From Pecten maximus (Eukaryota), in contig NC_047018.1 of the NCBI RefSeq assembly GCF_902652985.1, positions 9,548,001 through 9,612,000 on the forward strand: a stretch of DNA of 64,000 nt. Direction: 5' to 3'. Under the pieces are notes generated by a model that was not told the origin of the DNA, searched no databases, and worked only from the letters and a program-made list of their open reading frames with translations. Made by a program: the position numbers and the translations under genes. This document shows positions 13,301 through 28,300 of the stretch, one piece after another. How positions within the stretch are numbered: position 1 is the stretch's first letter; every line of letters begins with the position of its first letter.

Positions 13301-16300
13301 AGGACATCACTGTCAACACAATGGTAACAACCAACCTGCTGCTAGACCTAGAGTTGTAGTTTCTGACTTCTTCATTTCTCCTGTCTTAAAGTCCAAGTCT
13401 TGTTTCATTGAAGTAAGTTCTTGTTGACTTGGTAAATGTGAAAATCGACTCATGTTCTGATGGAGCAAAATAATGGGAAAATCAACATAACTCTTCGTTA
13501 GAAGTCAGAAAAGTTTCAGAACTATTTTTCTATTCAATCTCATTCTATAGGATCACTGAACGTACAATACATAGCCAAATATGAAATACTTTTACCACTC
13601 ACTGGACTAAAAGTCTGAATTCTACAAACTACCTAGTATAAACTAAAATACACTTATTGAAATAATATGTTCCATTATACCAAAATGTACTTATCTAATA
13701 TTGATAATCATATCTATCCAAATATAAGATAAAATTTTCCACTTACTCGGCTAATATGTTCCAAGATACTGACGACATTCTGTTCCAGCTGAGTAATTCT
13801 TTGCTGAAAGATATAGATTGTATTTGTTACAGTTTAATTCAAAGTGGAAAGATAGGATAAAATAAGCCAGTGTAGCATTAATATGACAGTGACTAAAAAT
13901 CAATTAAGATAAATTAAAATACAACTATCCAAATACATTTTTATATCATATCTACAATGTACCTTGTATTCTATTTTAATAGATAGAAAAAACAATAAGA
14001 TTCTATGTACTTTTTAATTTAAGTATGTTTTGAAAGACCCTTTATAAGATGTTAATAGTATAAATCTGTACAAAGTACATGTACAGTGGAACTTCGTTAA
14101 CTCGAACTCGATGGGACCACGAGAAAACTTGGAGTTATCCGAGTGTTCGAATTAAGCGAGTTGTCATTTTTGGTGCAAAGTTTGGTCAATATTTGTCAAC
14201 ATTATATAATCATTATAACTCCGCTCTGTCACTCATCAGTTAAGTGTAAAGACTGGTCAATACATGTAAATGTATATGTAATATTTCGTTCTGTCACTCG
14301 TAGTTTGGTGTAGTTTTGCCGATATACAGTCTCGATAAAGTTAAGTTGGCTTAGTCACTTCAATAACGATCTGATGTACATGTCATGTTTGCAAACGGAA
14401 TAACGATAAAATGGAATTCAACCGAAATTGGGACCAAATTTTCACTTCATATTATCCGAGTTTTTCAAGTTTTCCGAATTCGAGTTTTCCGAGTTTTTTT
14501 ACTAGGATAAAGAGAGAATTCGGCCGGGACTGACGAAGTACTTCGAGTTAAGCGGGTTATTCGAGTTTTCCGAGTTCGAGTTAACGAAGTTCCACTGTAG
14601 TTAAAAGAAACACGAGCAGAGCCCTTGTTTTACTCAATATAAACCTACCGCTTCTTGTGTTTTAGATTCTTCAAAAGTATTGAGGAAATCTGAAATCGAA
14701 TAATACTAAAATAAATTTCAGGACTATTTGCCAAAGGAGTAAGTGAGTATTCTCCATTAATATTAAACATAATCAATCAGCATTTAATTATTGTTGCCAG
14801 ATAATCTGAAGAAAACAATACATGTATTTAATTATCATTGTCATCAATGTTTATTTCAGAGACCCCACTAGGTTACAATCAATAGAAATCCATTCCTTGT
14901 GTTCACTTTTGCCACATCTCACTTTCTTGAGAACAGTTTGTATCAATAGTTTCTATTGTTACATTATAAGTTTGTTTATTTTGATTTTAGGGGGTTTAGC
15001 GTCCTTGCAACAGCCAGGGTCATATGAAGACGGTCAGTCGACAAGGAGACACCTACAGCCAGGGTCATATGAAGACGGTCAGTCGACAAGGAGACACCCT
15101 TAGAGGAAAACAAAGCACAGGAAGCCAAAGCAATGAATAAAAGGGCTCTCCAATATCACCTGGACAGAAGACCATGGGGAAACCACCTTAACCTAGGTGG
15201 TCACCTTAAAACATTCAGTGACATACAGCAGGCATATTCTTCCCCCATTCCAGCACAGGTTAATATCATAAGTACAATGATTCACTAAATACATGGATGT
15301 GAAATGAGCAATAAATTTCTATTTCAAAAACTGAACTCAGAATGTGTACAGATTATCCTTCTAGTAAGAACAACATGTGATAAGTCAGAAGACTGAATTA
15401 CATTATCCCAAGTGTTATACAGTAAAGCTCACACTCCAATGGTTTAAGTAAACATATCTTTAAAATTTTACTCAACTTACAGTTTATTACAAAATGAAAT
15501 GGAATGTTTTTTTTAGAATAGTCAGGACTATGAGGTCATACCAGACTTACAATCTTTTAGCCTCCATGCAACACCAAAATATACAACTATTTTTATCGGT
15601 TATACATTGTACTTACCATCCATTGTTTCCTCTCGCTTCTTCAGTTCTTTGTATTTCTGATTTCTTTCACCTACAACAGTGTTCCATTATCGTAAAATTT
15701 GACTAACTATGGGAAACATTGTATGAATCGATATTGTATTTATCCTGTCCATCACGAAAATTATTGAAGGACAATGAACTAGTATTTGTTAGCAATAGAC
15801 ATGGCTGTGTCTATTATCAGACATGGGCTTATTATTTCTCTATTATCAGACATGGGCTTATTGCTTCTCTATTATCAGGCATGGGCTTATTGCTTCTCTA
15901 TTATCAGGCATGGGCTTATTGCTTCTCTATTATCAGACATGGGCTTATTGCTTCTCTATTATCAGGCATGGGCTTATTGCTTCTCTATTATCAGACATGG
16001 GCTTATTACTTCTCTATTATCAGGCATGGGCTTATTACTTCTCTATTATCAGGCATGGGCTTATTGCTTCTCTATTATCAGACATGGGCTTATTACTTCT
16101 CTATTATCAGGCATGGGCTTATTACTTCTATATTATCAGGCATGGGCTTATTGCTTCTCTATCATCAGACATGGACTTATTGCTTCTCTATCATCAGACA
16201 TGGGCTTATTGCTTCTCTATTATCAGACATGAGCTTATTGCTTCTCTATTATCAGACATGGGCTTATTGCCTCTAAATTGACATACCCTGGTTTTCCTCT

Positions 16301-19300
16301 ATATCAATATCAAGCTGTCTACTTTCTTCTTGCATCTGTTCAATCTTCTCTCTGATCTCCTTTGTTCTACAAACAAAATATTATTGACAGTATGATGATT
16401 ATAGCACATAGCCACATGCTCTACTAAATATGTCATTCTCATTATCACTAGACAACAATGCAGCTGTTAAAACTCTTCACCAACAAACAGGCTAAACTTT
16501 GCCATAGTTCAAGAGCACACAGATACTCTGGTAAATCCATACCAGATACCAAAGATAAGATCACAATCGACCCGACAATGTATTTCTTAGACTGAGGAAT
16601 ATTAATGTATACATACTGTCTCTACACTGACTGAGGAATATTAATGTGTACATACTGTCTCTCTACACTGACTGAGGAATATTAATGTATACATACTGTC
16701 TCTACACTGACTGAGGAATATTAATGTATACATACTGTCTCTACACTGACTGAGGAATATTAATGTATACATACTGTCTCTACACTGACTGAGGAATATT
16801 AATGTATACATACTGTCTCTACACTGACTGAGGAATATTAATGTATACATACTGTCTCTCTACACTGGCTATCTCCTGGTTGTCCTCCTTCACCTGTTTC
16901 AGTAGGCGCTCTCGTTCCTCAGCTGGTGACATTGTTGTCTTTGTCTCCTCTATAAGGCTGTCTCTCTTAGACTCCAACTCATTCAGCTGCTCATAAAGTC
17001 TCACTTGAAACAAAATGATATATATAAACCTTTTGTGACATGTGTAAAACATTAAACCAAAAACAACACACAAAACTATATACTTTTCATTGAAGTTAAA
17101 CTGTTACAGTAAACACCTGTCAAAAACTTCTATTTTAGAACATAGACTGGAATCAATAGATGGTCTCTAAAATCTACAATGAAATACAAACATCAAAAGA
17201 ATATTTCTTTCTAAACAGAAAAAAATTTATCTTGTAAAATTTAAAACTCAAACCATGAGGACAAATTTATACCTACCAGCTTCCTGTTTGACTTGTGATA
17301 AAGACAATTCCTGTAAAACCAAATCAATATCCAGTTATATTACAGCCTAACAACACATAACCTTACATTTATATTACAGCCTAACAAATGTAACCTTACA
17401 TTTATATTACAGCCTAACAACACATAACCTTACATTTATATTACAACCTAACAAACACATAATACCTTACATTTATATTACAACCTAACAAAACATAATA
17501 CCTTACATTTATATTACAGCCTAACAAAACATAACCTTACATTTATATTACAACCTAACAAAACATAACCTTACATTTATATTACAACCTAACAAAACAT
17601 AACCTTACATTTATATTACAGCCTAACAAAACATAATACCTTACATTTATATTACAACCTAACAAAACATAATAACTTACATTTATATTACAACCTAACA
17701 AAACATAACCATTACATTTATAATTATCAAACCTACAAAACATAACTTACATTTAATTACAACCAACAAAACATCAACCGTACTTATATTACCACCGAAC
17801 AAAACATAACCGTTACATTTATATTACACCTAACAAAACATAAATACCTTACATTTATATTACAACCTAAAAAACATATACCTTACATTTATTTACAACC
17901 TAACAAAACATAACCTTACATGTATATTACAACCTAACAAAACATAAACTCTTACATTTATATTACAACCTAACAAAAACATAATACTTACATTTATATT
18001 AGACAACCTAACAAAACAATAATAACTTACATTTATATTACAACCTAACAAAACATATCTTACATTTATATTACAACCTAACAAAACATAACCCGTACAT
18101 TTATATTACAACCTAACAAGACAAATAACCATACCTTACATTTATAGACAGAGCCTAACAAAACAGATACCTGACATTAGATTACAAACGCTAACAAAAA
18201 ATAATATATCTTGACATTTATATTACAGCCTAACAAACACTAATAACTTACATTTATATTAACAACGCTAACAAAACATAATACCTTAACAGTTATATTA
18301 CAAACCTAACAAAACATAATACCTTACATTTATATTACAACCTAACAAAACATAATACCTTACATTTATATTACAACCTAACAAAACATAACCTTACATT
18401 TATATTACAACCTAACAAAACATAACCTTACATTTATATTACAACCTAACAAAACATAATACCTTACATTTATATTACAACCTAACAAAACATAATAACT
18501 TACATTTATATTACAACCTAACAAAACATAACCTTACATTTATATTACAACCTAACAAAACATAATACCTTACATTTATATTACAACCTAACAAAACATA
18601 ATAACTTACATTTATATTACAACCTAACAAAACATAATCTTACATTTATATTACAACCTAACAAAACATAACCTTACATTTATATTACAGCCTAACAAAA
18701 CATAATATCTTACATTTATATTACAACCTAACAAAACATAACCTTACATTTATATTACAACCTAACAAAACATAACCTTACATTTATATTACAACCTAAC
18801 AAAACATAATAACTTACATTTATATTACAACCTAACAAAACATAACTTACATTTATATTACAACCTAACAAAACATAACCTTACATTTATATTACAGCCT
18901 AACAAAACATAATACCTTACATTTATATTACAACCTAACAAAACATAATACCTTACATTTATATTACAACCTAACAAAACATAACCTTACATTTATATTA
19001 CAGCCTAACAAAACATAACTTACATTTATATTACAACCTAACAAAACATAACTTACATTTATATTACAACCTAACAAAACATAACTTACATTTATATTAC
19101 AACCTAACAAAACATAACAACTTACATTTATATTACAGCCTAACAAAACATAACTTACATTTATATTACAACCTAACAAAACATAACCTTACATTTATAT
19201 TACACCTAACAAAACATAATACCTTACATTTATATTACAACCTAACAAAACATAATCCTTACATTATATTACAGCCTAACAAAACATAATACTTACATTT

Positions 19301-22300
19301 ATATTACACCTAACAAAACATATACCTTACATTTATATTACACCTAACAAAACATAATACTTACATTTAATATTACAGCCTAACAAAACATAACCTTACA
19401 TTTATATTACAACCTAACAAAACATAATACCTTACATTTATATTACAACCTAACAAAACATAACCTTACATTTATATTACAGCCTAACAAAACATAACCT
19501 TACATTTATATTACAACCTAACAAAACATAACCTTACATTTATATTACAGCCTAACAAAACATAATACCTTACATTTATATTACAACCTAACAAACATAA
19601 CCTTACATTTATATTACAACCTAACAAAACATAACCTTACATTTATATTACAACCTAACAAAACATAATACCTTACATTTATATTACAACCTAACAAAAC
19701 ATAACCTTACATTTATATTACAGCCTAACAAAACATAATAACTTACATTTATATTACAGCCTAACAAAACATAACTTACATTTATATTACAACCTAACAA
19801 AACATAACCTTACATTTATATTACAGCCTAACAAAACATAATACCTTACATTTATATTACAGCCTAACAAAACATAACCTTACATTTATATTACAACCTA
19901 ACAAAACATAATAACTTACATTTATATTACAACCTAACAAAACATAACCTTACATTTATATTACAGCCTAACAAAACATAACCTTACATTTATATTACAA
20001 CCTAACAAAACATAATACCTTACATTTATATTACAGCCTAACAAAACATAATACCTTACATTTATATTACAACCTAACAAAACATAACCTTACATTTATA
20101 TTACAGCCTAACAAAACATAACCTTACATTTATATTACAACCTAACAAAACATAATACCTTACATTTATATTACAACCTAACAAAACATAACCTTACATT
20201 TATATTACAGCCTAACAAAACATAACTTACATTTATATTACAACCTAAAAACATAACACGATTATATAACAGACCGAACAAAACAATAATACCTTACATG
20301 AATAAACCAAAAAACATAACCTACATTTATATACAACCTAACAAAACATAAGACCTTACATTATATACAGCCTACAAAACATAATCCTTACATTTATTTA
20401 CAACCTAACAAAACATAACCTTACATTTATATTTACAACTCTAACAAACCATAATAGCCTGTACATTTATATTACAACCTAACAAAAACATAAACCTTAC
20501 ATTATATTACAACCTAACCAAAACATACTAACCTACATTTATATTACAAACCCTAACAAAACATAACCTTACATTTAATGTACACCTAAAAAACATAATA
20601 TACCTTACATTATATACAAACCTAACAAAACATAATACCTTACATTTATATTACAGCCCCTAACAAAACATAGCACCTTACATTATATTACAACCTAACA
20701 AAACATAATACCTTACATTTATATTACAACCTAACAAAACATAACAACTTACATTTATATTACAACCTAACAAAACATAACCTTACATTTATAGTACAAC
20801 CTAACAAAACATAACAACTTACATTTATAAGGCACTGGCTCAGTAAATAATGATTTGAAATTCCAAATAAAATTATCATCATATCTAAATGATAAAATTC
20901 TAGTTAAAATTGTTTTCACTCACAGAAACAGAAAGTATAAATGTATTCAATTAAAGCTATAACTTTCTGAATAAAAACAGAACAAAAATTTTGTATTTCA
21001 ATGTAATATTGTTCATAATACTGTTAAGATAAAATGCCATGTAAAAGTGAACCATGTAACAAATATCAGAAACATGATATATAATTTGGAAAATTCTGAC
21101 ACAAACCTCTTGTTGTGTGTCGATTTTGGAGTTGAGAACGTCCAGTTCCTGTTGCCCTTTCTCCAGTTGTCGTAACATATGTTCATTCATGTCCTTCAGC
21201 TTCACATACTTCTCCCTCATCTCGGGGTTCTAGGGAACAAATGTTTGTTATTAATGGCACATTCAGGAAAGAACACATTTTGAAATGAAAACTGAAATCT
21301 GCTTTTGCCTGTTTGGAAATCTGATTACCCTCAAACCATATAGAAATTAACATTAATCTTAGCCGGTCATTTGATCTTTAGCCTACCATATGATCGTTAG
21401 CCTACCATATGATCATTAGCCTACCATATGATCGTCATGCCTACCATATCATTAACAAGATTGTCTGCCATCCTCTTTTCCTGGTCCAATTCCTGCTCAA
21501 GCTGCTGAATAGCCTCCTCCTTACTATTAATAGAATAATAAAATGGTATAAATTAGAATACAGACTCCTGTAGTGTGTGTACACAAAATGTCTTCATTGC
21601 TGTCATTTAAATGTGAAGTAAGAATGATCTTGAATTTCTATCTAAAACAGACATAGGATTATTATCCAAGGGCATATTTCTCATTTGTTTACTCTCCTGT
21701 GTACAATTATATTTATAACAGGTCCCTACACTACTGTATACAGATATCTAACAGGTCCCTACATTACTGTATACAGATATATAACAGGTCCCTACACTAC
21801 TGTATACAGATATATAACAGGTCCCTACCCTGTATACAGATATATAACAGGTCCCTACACTACTGTATACAGATATATAACAGGTCCCTACACTACTGCA
21901 TACAGATAAATAACAGGTCCCTACACTACTGTATACAGATATATAACAGGTCCCTACCCTGTATACAGATATATAACAGGTCCCTACACTACTGTGTACA
22001 GATATATAACAGGTCCCTACACTACTGTGTACAGATATCTAACAGGTCCCTACACTACTGTATTCAGATATATAACAGGTCCCTACACTACTGTATACAG
22101 ATATATAACAGGTCCCTACCCTGTATACAGATATATAACAGGTCCCTACCCTGTATACAGATATATAACAGGTCCCTACATTACTGTATACAGATATCTA
22201 ACAGGTCCCTACACTACTGTATACAGATATATAACAGGTCCCTACATTACTGTATACAGATATTTAACATGTCCCTACACTACTGTATACAGATATATAA

Positions 22301-25300
22301 CATGTCCCTACACTACTGTATACAGATCTATAACAGGTCCCTACACTACTGTATACAGATATATAACAGGTCCCTACACTACTGTATACAGATATCTAAC
22401 AGGTCCCTACAACACTGTATACAGATATATAACAGGTCCCTACATTACTGTATACAGATATATAACAGGTCACTACATTACTGTATACAGATATATAACA
22501 GGTCCCTACACTACTGTGTACAGATATATAACAGGTCCCTACACTACTGTATACAGATATATAACAGGTCCCTACACTACTGTATACAGATATATAACAG
22601 GTCCTTACACTACTGTATACAGATATATAACAGGTCCCTACACTACTGTATACAGATATATAACAGGTCCTTACACTACTGTATACAGATATATAACAGG
22701 TCCCTACACTACTGCATACAGATATATAACAGGTCCCTACACTACTGTATACAGATATATAACATGTCCCTACACTACTGTATACAGATATATAACAGGT
22801 CCCTACACTACTGTATACAGATATATAACAGGTCCCTACATTACTGAATACATATATATATAATAGGTCACTACATTACTGTATACAGATATTTAACAGG
22901 TCCATACACTGCTGTATACAGATATATAACAGGTCACTACACTACTGTATACAAATATATAACAGGTCCCTACACTACTGTATGCAAATATATAACAGGT
23001 ACCTACACTACTGTATACAGATGTATATAAGATCACTACACAATTTCATTGGCTAAAATACTAGTGTTGGCTGGGTTTTTTTTATAAATACTCACGCCTT
23101 CTTCACTTCAAATAATTCCTCTATCTTTTTTGTTTCCCTCTCATTACCATTCTTCAGCTGAAAACAATAATAAACATCAGGAAGCATTTTATGTTTTTGT
23201 TATTTAAAGACATATAGGTATTAATAATGTAAAATACATTGTATTGATAGAGAATAAACCATTAGTTTCATAATAACATTGCATCAACAGAAATAAATTA
23301 AATAATCAGAAACAAACGTGAACATGTTATTTATGTTGTATATATTAATCTTATTAAACTTACATCATTAAGGTCAAATTCCACATCCTGTATATCTTCA
23401 TCTGTTGTTAACTTGTCAACCAACTGTAACAAAAAAACGTTAATAGAGTACAGTATATGATGACAGCTATGATTTTGCTTGCAGTAAATGGGGATATTGT
23501 TCCCTCAGAGAGATAGTGTTCACTCAGAGAGACAGTGTTCCCTCATGGAGATAGTGTTCACTAAGAGAGAGAGTGTTCCCTCAGGGAGATAGTGTTCACT
23601 CCGGGAGATAGTGTTCACTCAGGGAGATAGTGTTCCCTCAGAGAGATAGTGTTCCCTCAGTGAGATATTGTTCCCTCAGGGAGATAGTGTTCACTCAGGG
23701 AGATAAGTGTTCCCTCATGGAGATAGTGTTCACTAAGAGAGATAGTGTTCCCTCAGGGAGATAGTGTTCACTCAGAGAGATAGTGTTCCCTCAGGGAGAT
23801 AGTGTTCCTTCAGGGAGATAATGTTCCCTCAGAGAGATAGTGTTCACTCAGGGAGATAGTGTTCCCTCGTGGAAATATTGTTCACTCAGAGAGATAGTAT
23901 TCACTCAAGAGAAAAAGTGTTCCCTTAGGAAGACAGTGTTCACTCAAGAGAGATAATGTTCCCTCAAAGAGATAGTGTTCTCTCAGGGTGATAGTGATCC
24001 CTCAGGGAGATAGTGTTCACTCAGTTAGATAGTGTTCACTCAGTGAGATAGTGTTCACTCAGGGAGATAGTGTTCCTTCAGGGAGATAGTGTTCCCTCAA
24101 GGAGATAGTGTTCCCTCAGGGAGATAGTGTTCACTAAGAGAGATAGTGTTCCCTTAGATAGTGTTCACTCAGGGAGATAGTGTTCACTCAGAGAGATAGT
24201 GTTCACTCAGGGAGATAGTGTTCACTCAGGGAGATAGTGTTCTCTCAGGGAGATAGTGTTCACTCAGAGAGATAGTGTACCCTCAGGGAGATAGTGTTCA
24301 CTCAGAGAGATAGTGTTCCCTCAGGGAGATAGTGTTCACTAAGAGAGATAGTGTTCCCTTAGAGAGATAGTGTTCACTCAGGGAGATAGTGTTCCCTCAG
24401 GGAGATAGTGTTCCTTCAGTGAGATAGTGTTCCCTCAGGGAAATAGTGTTCCCTCAGGGAGATAGTGTTCCCTCAGTGAGATAGTGTTCACTCAGGGAGA
24501 TAGTGTTCTCTCAGGGAGGTAGTGTTCACTCAGAGAGATAGTGTTCACTCAGGGAGATAGTGTTCACTCAGGGAGATAGTGTTCTCTCAGGGAGATAGTG
24601 TTCTCTCAGGGAGATAGTGTACCCTCAGGGAGATAGTGTTCACTCAGAGAGATAGTGTTCCCTCATGGAGATAGTGTTCACTCAGAGAGACAGTGTTCAC
24701 TCAGGGAGATAGTGTTCACTCAGAGAGACAGTGTTCCCTCAGGGAGATAGTGTTCCCTCAGGGAGATAGTGTTCACTCAGAGAGATAGTGTTCCCTCATG
24801 GAGATAGTGTTCACTCAGAGAGACAGTGTTCCCTCAGGGAGATAGTGTTCACTCAGAGAGACAGTGTTCCCTCAGGGAGATAGTGTTCACTCAGAGAGAC
24901 AGTGTTCCCTCATGGAGATAGTGTTCACTCAGAGAGATAGTGTTCCCTCAGGGAGATAGTGTTCACTCAGGGAGATAGTGTTCCTTCAGGGAGATAGTGT
25001 TCCCTCAGGGAGATAGTGTTCCCTCAGGGAGATAGTGTTCCCTCAGAGAGATAGTGTTCCCTCAGGGAGATAGTGTTCCCTCAGGGAGATAGTGTTCCCT
25101 CAGGGAGATAGTGTTCACTCAGGGAGATAGTGTTCACTCAGGGAGATAGTGTTCACTCAGGGAGATAGTGTTCTCTCAGGGAGATAGTGTACCCTCAGGG
25201 AGATAGTGTTCACCTCAGGAGAGATAGTGTTCACTCAGAAGATAGTGTTCATGGAGATAGTGTTCACTCAGAGAGACAGTGTTCACTCAGGGAGATAGTG

Positions 25301-28300
25301 TTCACTCAGAGAGACAGTGTTCCCTCAGGGAGATAGTGTTCCCTCAGGGAGATAGTGTTCACTCAGAGAGATAGTGTTCCCTCATGGAGATAGTGTTCAC
25401 TCAGAGAGACAGTGTTCCCTCAGGGAGATAGTGTTCACTCAGAGAGACAGTGTTCCCTCAGGGAGATAGTGTTCACTCAGAGAGACAGTGTTCCCTCATG
25501 GAGAAAGTGTTCACTCATGGAGATAGTGTTCACTCAGGGAGATAGTGTTCCATCAGAGAGATAGTGTTCCCTCATGGAGATAGTGTTGACTCAGAGAGAT
25601 AGTGTTCACTCAGAGAGATAGTGTTACCTCAGAGAGATAGTGTTCACTCAAAGAGATAGTGTTCCCTCAGAGAGATAGTGTTCACTCAGAGAGATAGTGT
25701 TCCCTCAGAGAGATAGTGTTCACTAAGGGAGATAGTGTTCACTAAGCGAGATAGTGTTCCCTCAGGGAAATATTGTTCACTCAGAGAGATAGTGTTCACT
25801 CAGAGAGATAGTGTTCCCTCAGAGAGATAATGTTCCCTCAGGGAGATAATGTTCCCTGGGGGATATAGTGTTCCCTCAGAGAGATAGTGTTCCCTCAGGG
25901 AGATAGTGTTCCCTCAGAGAGATAGTGTTCCCTCAGAGAGATAGTGTTACCTCAGAGAGATAGTGTTCACTCAGGGAGATAGTGTTCCCTTAGAGAGATG
26001 GTGTTCCCTTAGAGAGATAGTGTTCACTCAGAAGGATAGTGTTCCCTCAGGGAGATAGTGTTCCCTCAGAGAGATAGTGTTCACTCAGGGAGATAGTGTT
26101 CACTCAGTGAGATAGTGTTCACTCAGAGAGATAGTGTTCACTCAGGGAGATAGTGTTCACTCAGGGAGATAGTGTTCCCTCAGGGAAATATTGTTCACTC
26201 AGAGAGATAGTGTTCACTCAGAGAGATAGTGTTCCCTCAGGGAGATAATGTTCCCTCAGGGATATAGTGTTCCCTCAGAGAGATAGTGTTCCCTCAGGGA
26301 GATAGTGTTCCCTCAGAGAGATAGTGTTCCCTCAGAGAGATAGTGTTCACTCAGGGAGATAGTGTTCACTAAGAGAGATAGTGTTCACTCAGAGAGATAG
26401 TGTTCACTCAGAGAGATAGTGTTCCCTCAGAGAGATGGTGTTCCCTCAGAGAGATAGTGTTCACTCAGGGAGATAGTGTTCCCTCAGAGAGATAGTGTTC
26501 CCTCAGGGAGATAATGTTCCCTCGGGGATATAGTGTTCCCTCAGAGAAATAGTGATTCCCTCAGAGAGATAGTGTTCCATAAGGGAGATAGTGTTCCCTC
26601 AGAGAGATAGTGTTCCCTCAGGGAGATTGTGTTCCCTAAGAGAGTTAGCTAACATATGAACTACATACTCTGTGTTAGGTGTTTTTTAGTTTTAGACTTA
26701 CTGTATTGTAATCACCCAATTCTCCTTGTAGATCTCTGATCTCAATGGCAAGCTGCTCAGCTCTGTAAGAAAATGACAACTGATTTTACTTTCTTTTCTG
26801 TTAAATCTATGTTCCAAATCAGCTCAATCAAACTGTATTACATTAACTTGTACTAGATCATATTGTTACTAACAGCAGGTACTTTCCAGCCAATATACAT
26901 TTTTACATTTCACTTGCCTTGGATAACATTAGACATGCTGATTTGACTGTAAACAAGAAGAAAAGTCTGCCCACCTTTTTTCATATGTGAGATATGTAGA
27001 ATTTTCATCCTGCGTACTATCAATCTCCTTGTTCAATCTGGCATTCTCTGCATTTAGTTCATTGATCTTACTCCTGAAAACAATATTTTAACAGATGTTA
27101 GATAGTGAATGAAGCTTACATATCATGTTACATGTAAATATAGATGAGCCAGGAATAAGACATACATACATTGATTCTACAACAGTAACTGTATTATTCA
27201 AAATGTTTGCTCTAATTAACACCATGCTGATGTTGTCTTGTAACACTCTTCGCTGTTGTATAGATCTGTCCTTGCTTTGAGAGGACAATTATCAGGAATA
27301 TCCACATCTGAATTGTCTGATGGGTGGACTGAAGCGGTATGTACAGTGGTACCTGATAAGTCCTAAGAAGTAGGTTCTATCTTGTACTTGTCTCTGTGGC
27401 CCTGAACCTGGAATGACAACCCAACAGTCACATTTAATATACACAAATCTTACATTACAAATGGTTTCATTTTTTCTTGTACAGATCAACACATCACCTA
27501 TATTGATTGATTGAATGCATCCGTTCTGAAACATACATACTGCATTGTAAAAAAATTGTTCTACATTCATTACATTATTACAATTTTTGATCAGATGTCA
27601 AATAAAGTATTTTGTAGAGGTTTTTTCATTAATGTATTGGCTTTGAGATTTAAAATTTCCAATTAAAGATTTATTCTCAAATAGTATCTACTCATTCAAG
27701 TTTGTTTACTCATGGCAATGCGACTCTCGATGAGGACTCTGAATTACCTTTTACGCCAGTCTTCATGCCTCCAAGACCTTGTTGTGTCATAGGTCTGTCC
27801 ACAACCTTTACCTGGGCATTCAAAGCTGTATACAGATAAAACAAAAATACATCATCATTTACAGTAAGGTCATGTCTACCAAGGTAGCTTCCTATTATCA
27901 CACTATTATTTACATTTCATTAAATTAATTCCATACAATTCAAAAATAACTTTTGATTTGTTTATAAAAGAATTGAGGTATCATTTAATGTATAATACCT
28001 TTCAATTTTTTTTAATATTATTTTGTCCATTAATTTTTAAAGAATAACTAATTTTACTTTATTGTTTTCCTTTCCAAAGAATGATTGGATATCCAATGAT
28101 GTAGAAATGATTGGATATCCAATGATGTAGAAATGATTGGATATCCAATGATGTAGAAATGATTGGATATCCAATGATGTAGAAATGATTGGATATCCAA
28201 TGATGTAGAAATGATTGGATATCCAATGATGTAGTAATGATTGAGTAACCAATGATGTAGAAATGATTGGATATCCAATGATGTAGAAATGACTGGGTAT

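Noticed and set aside
21685-22863. 382-aa and 289-aa repetitive ORFs
   Set aside because: A 33-bp intronic repeat unit (multiple of 3) keeps frames open; no gene signals.
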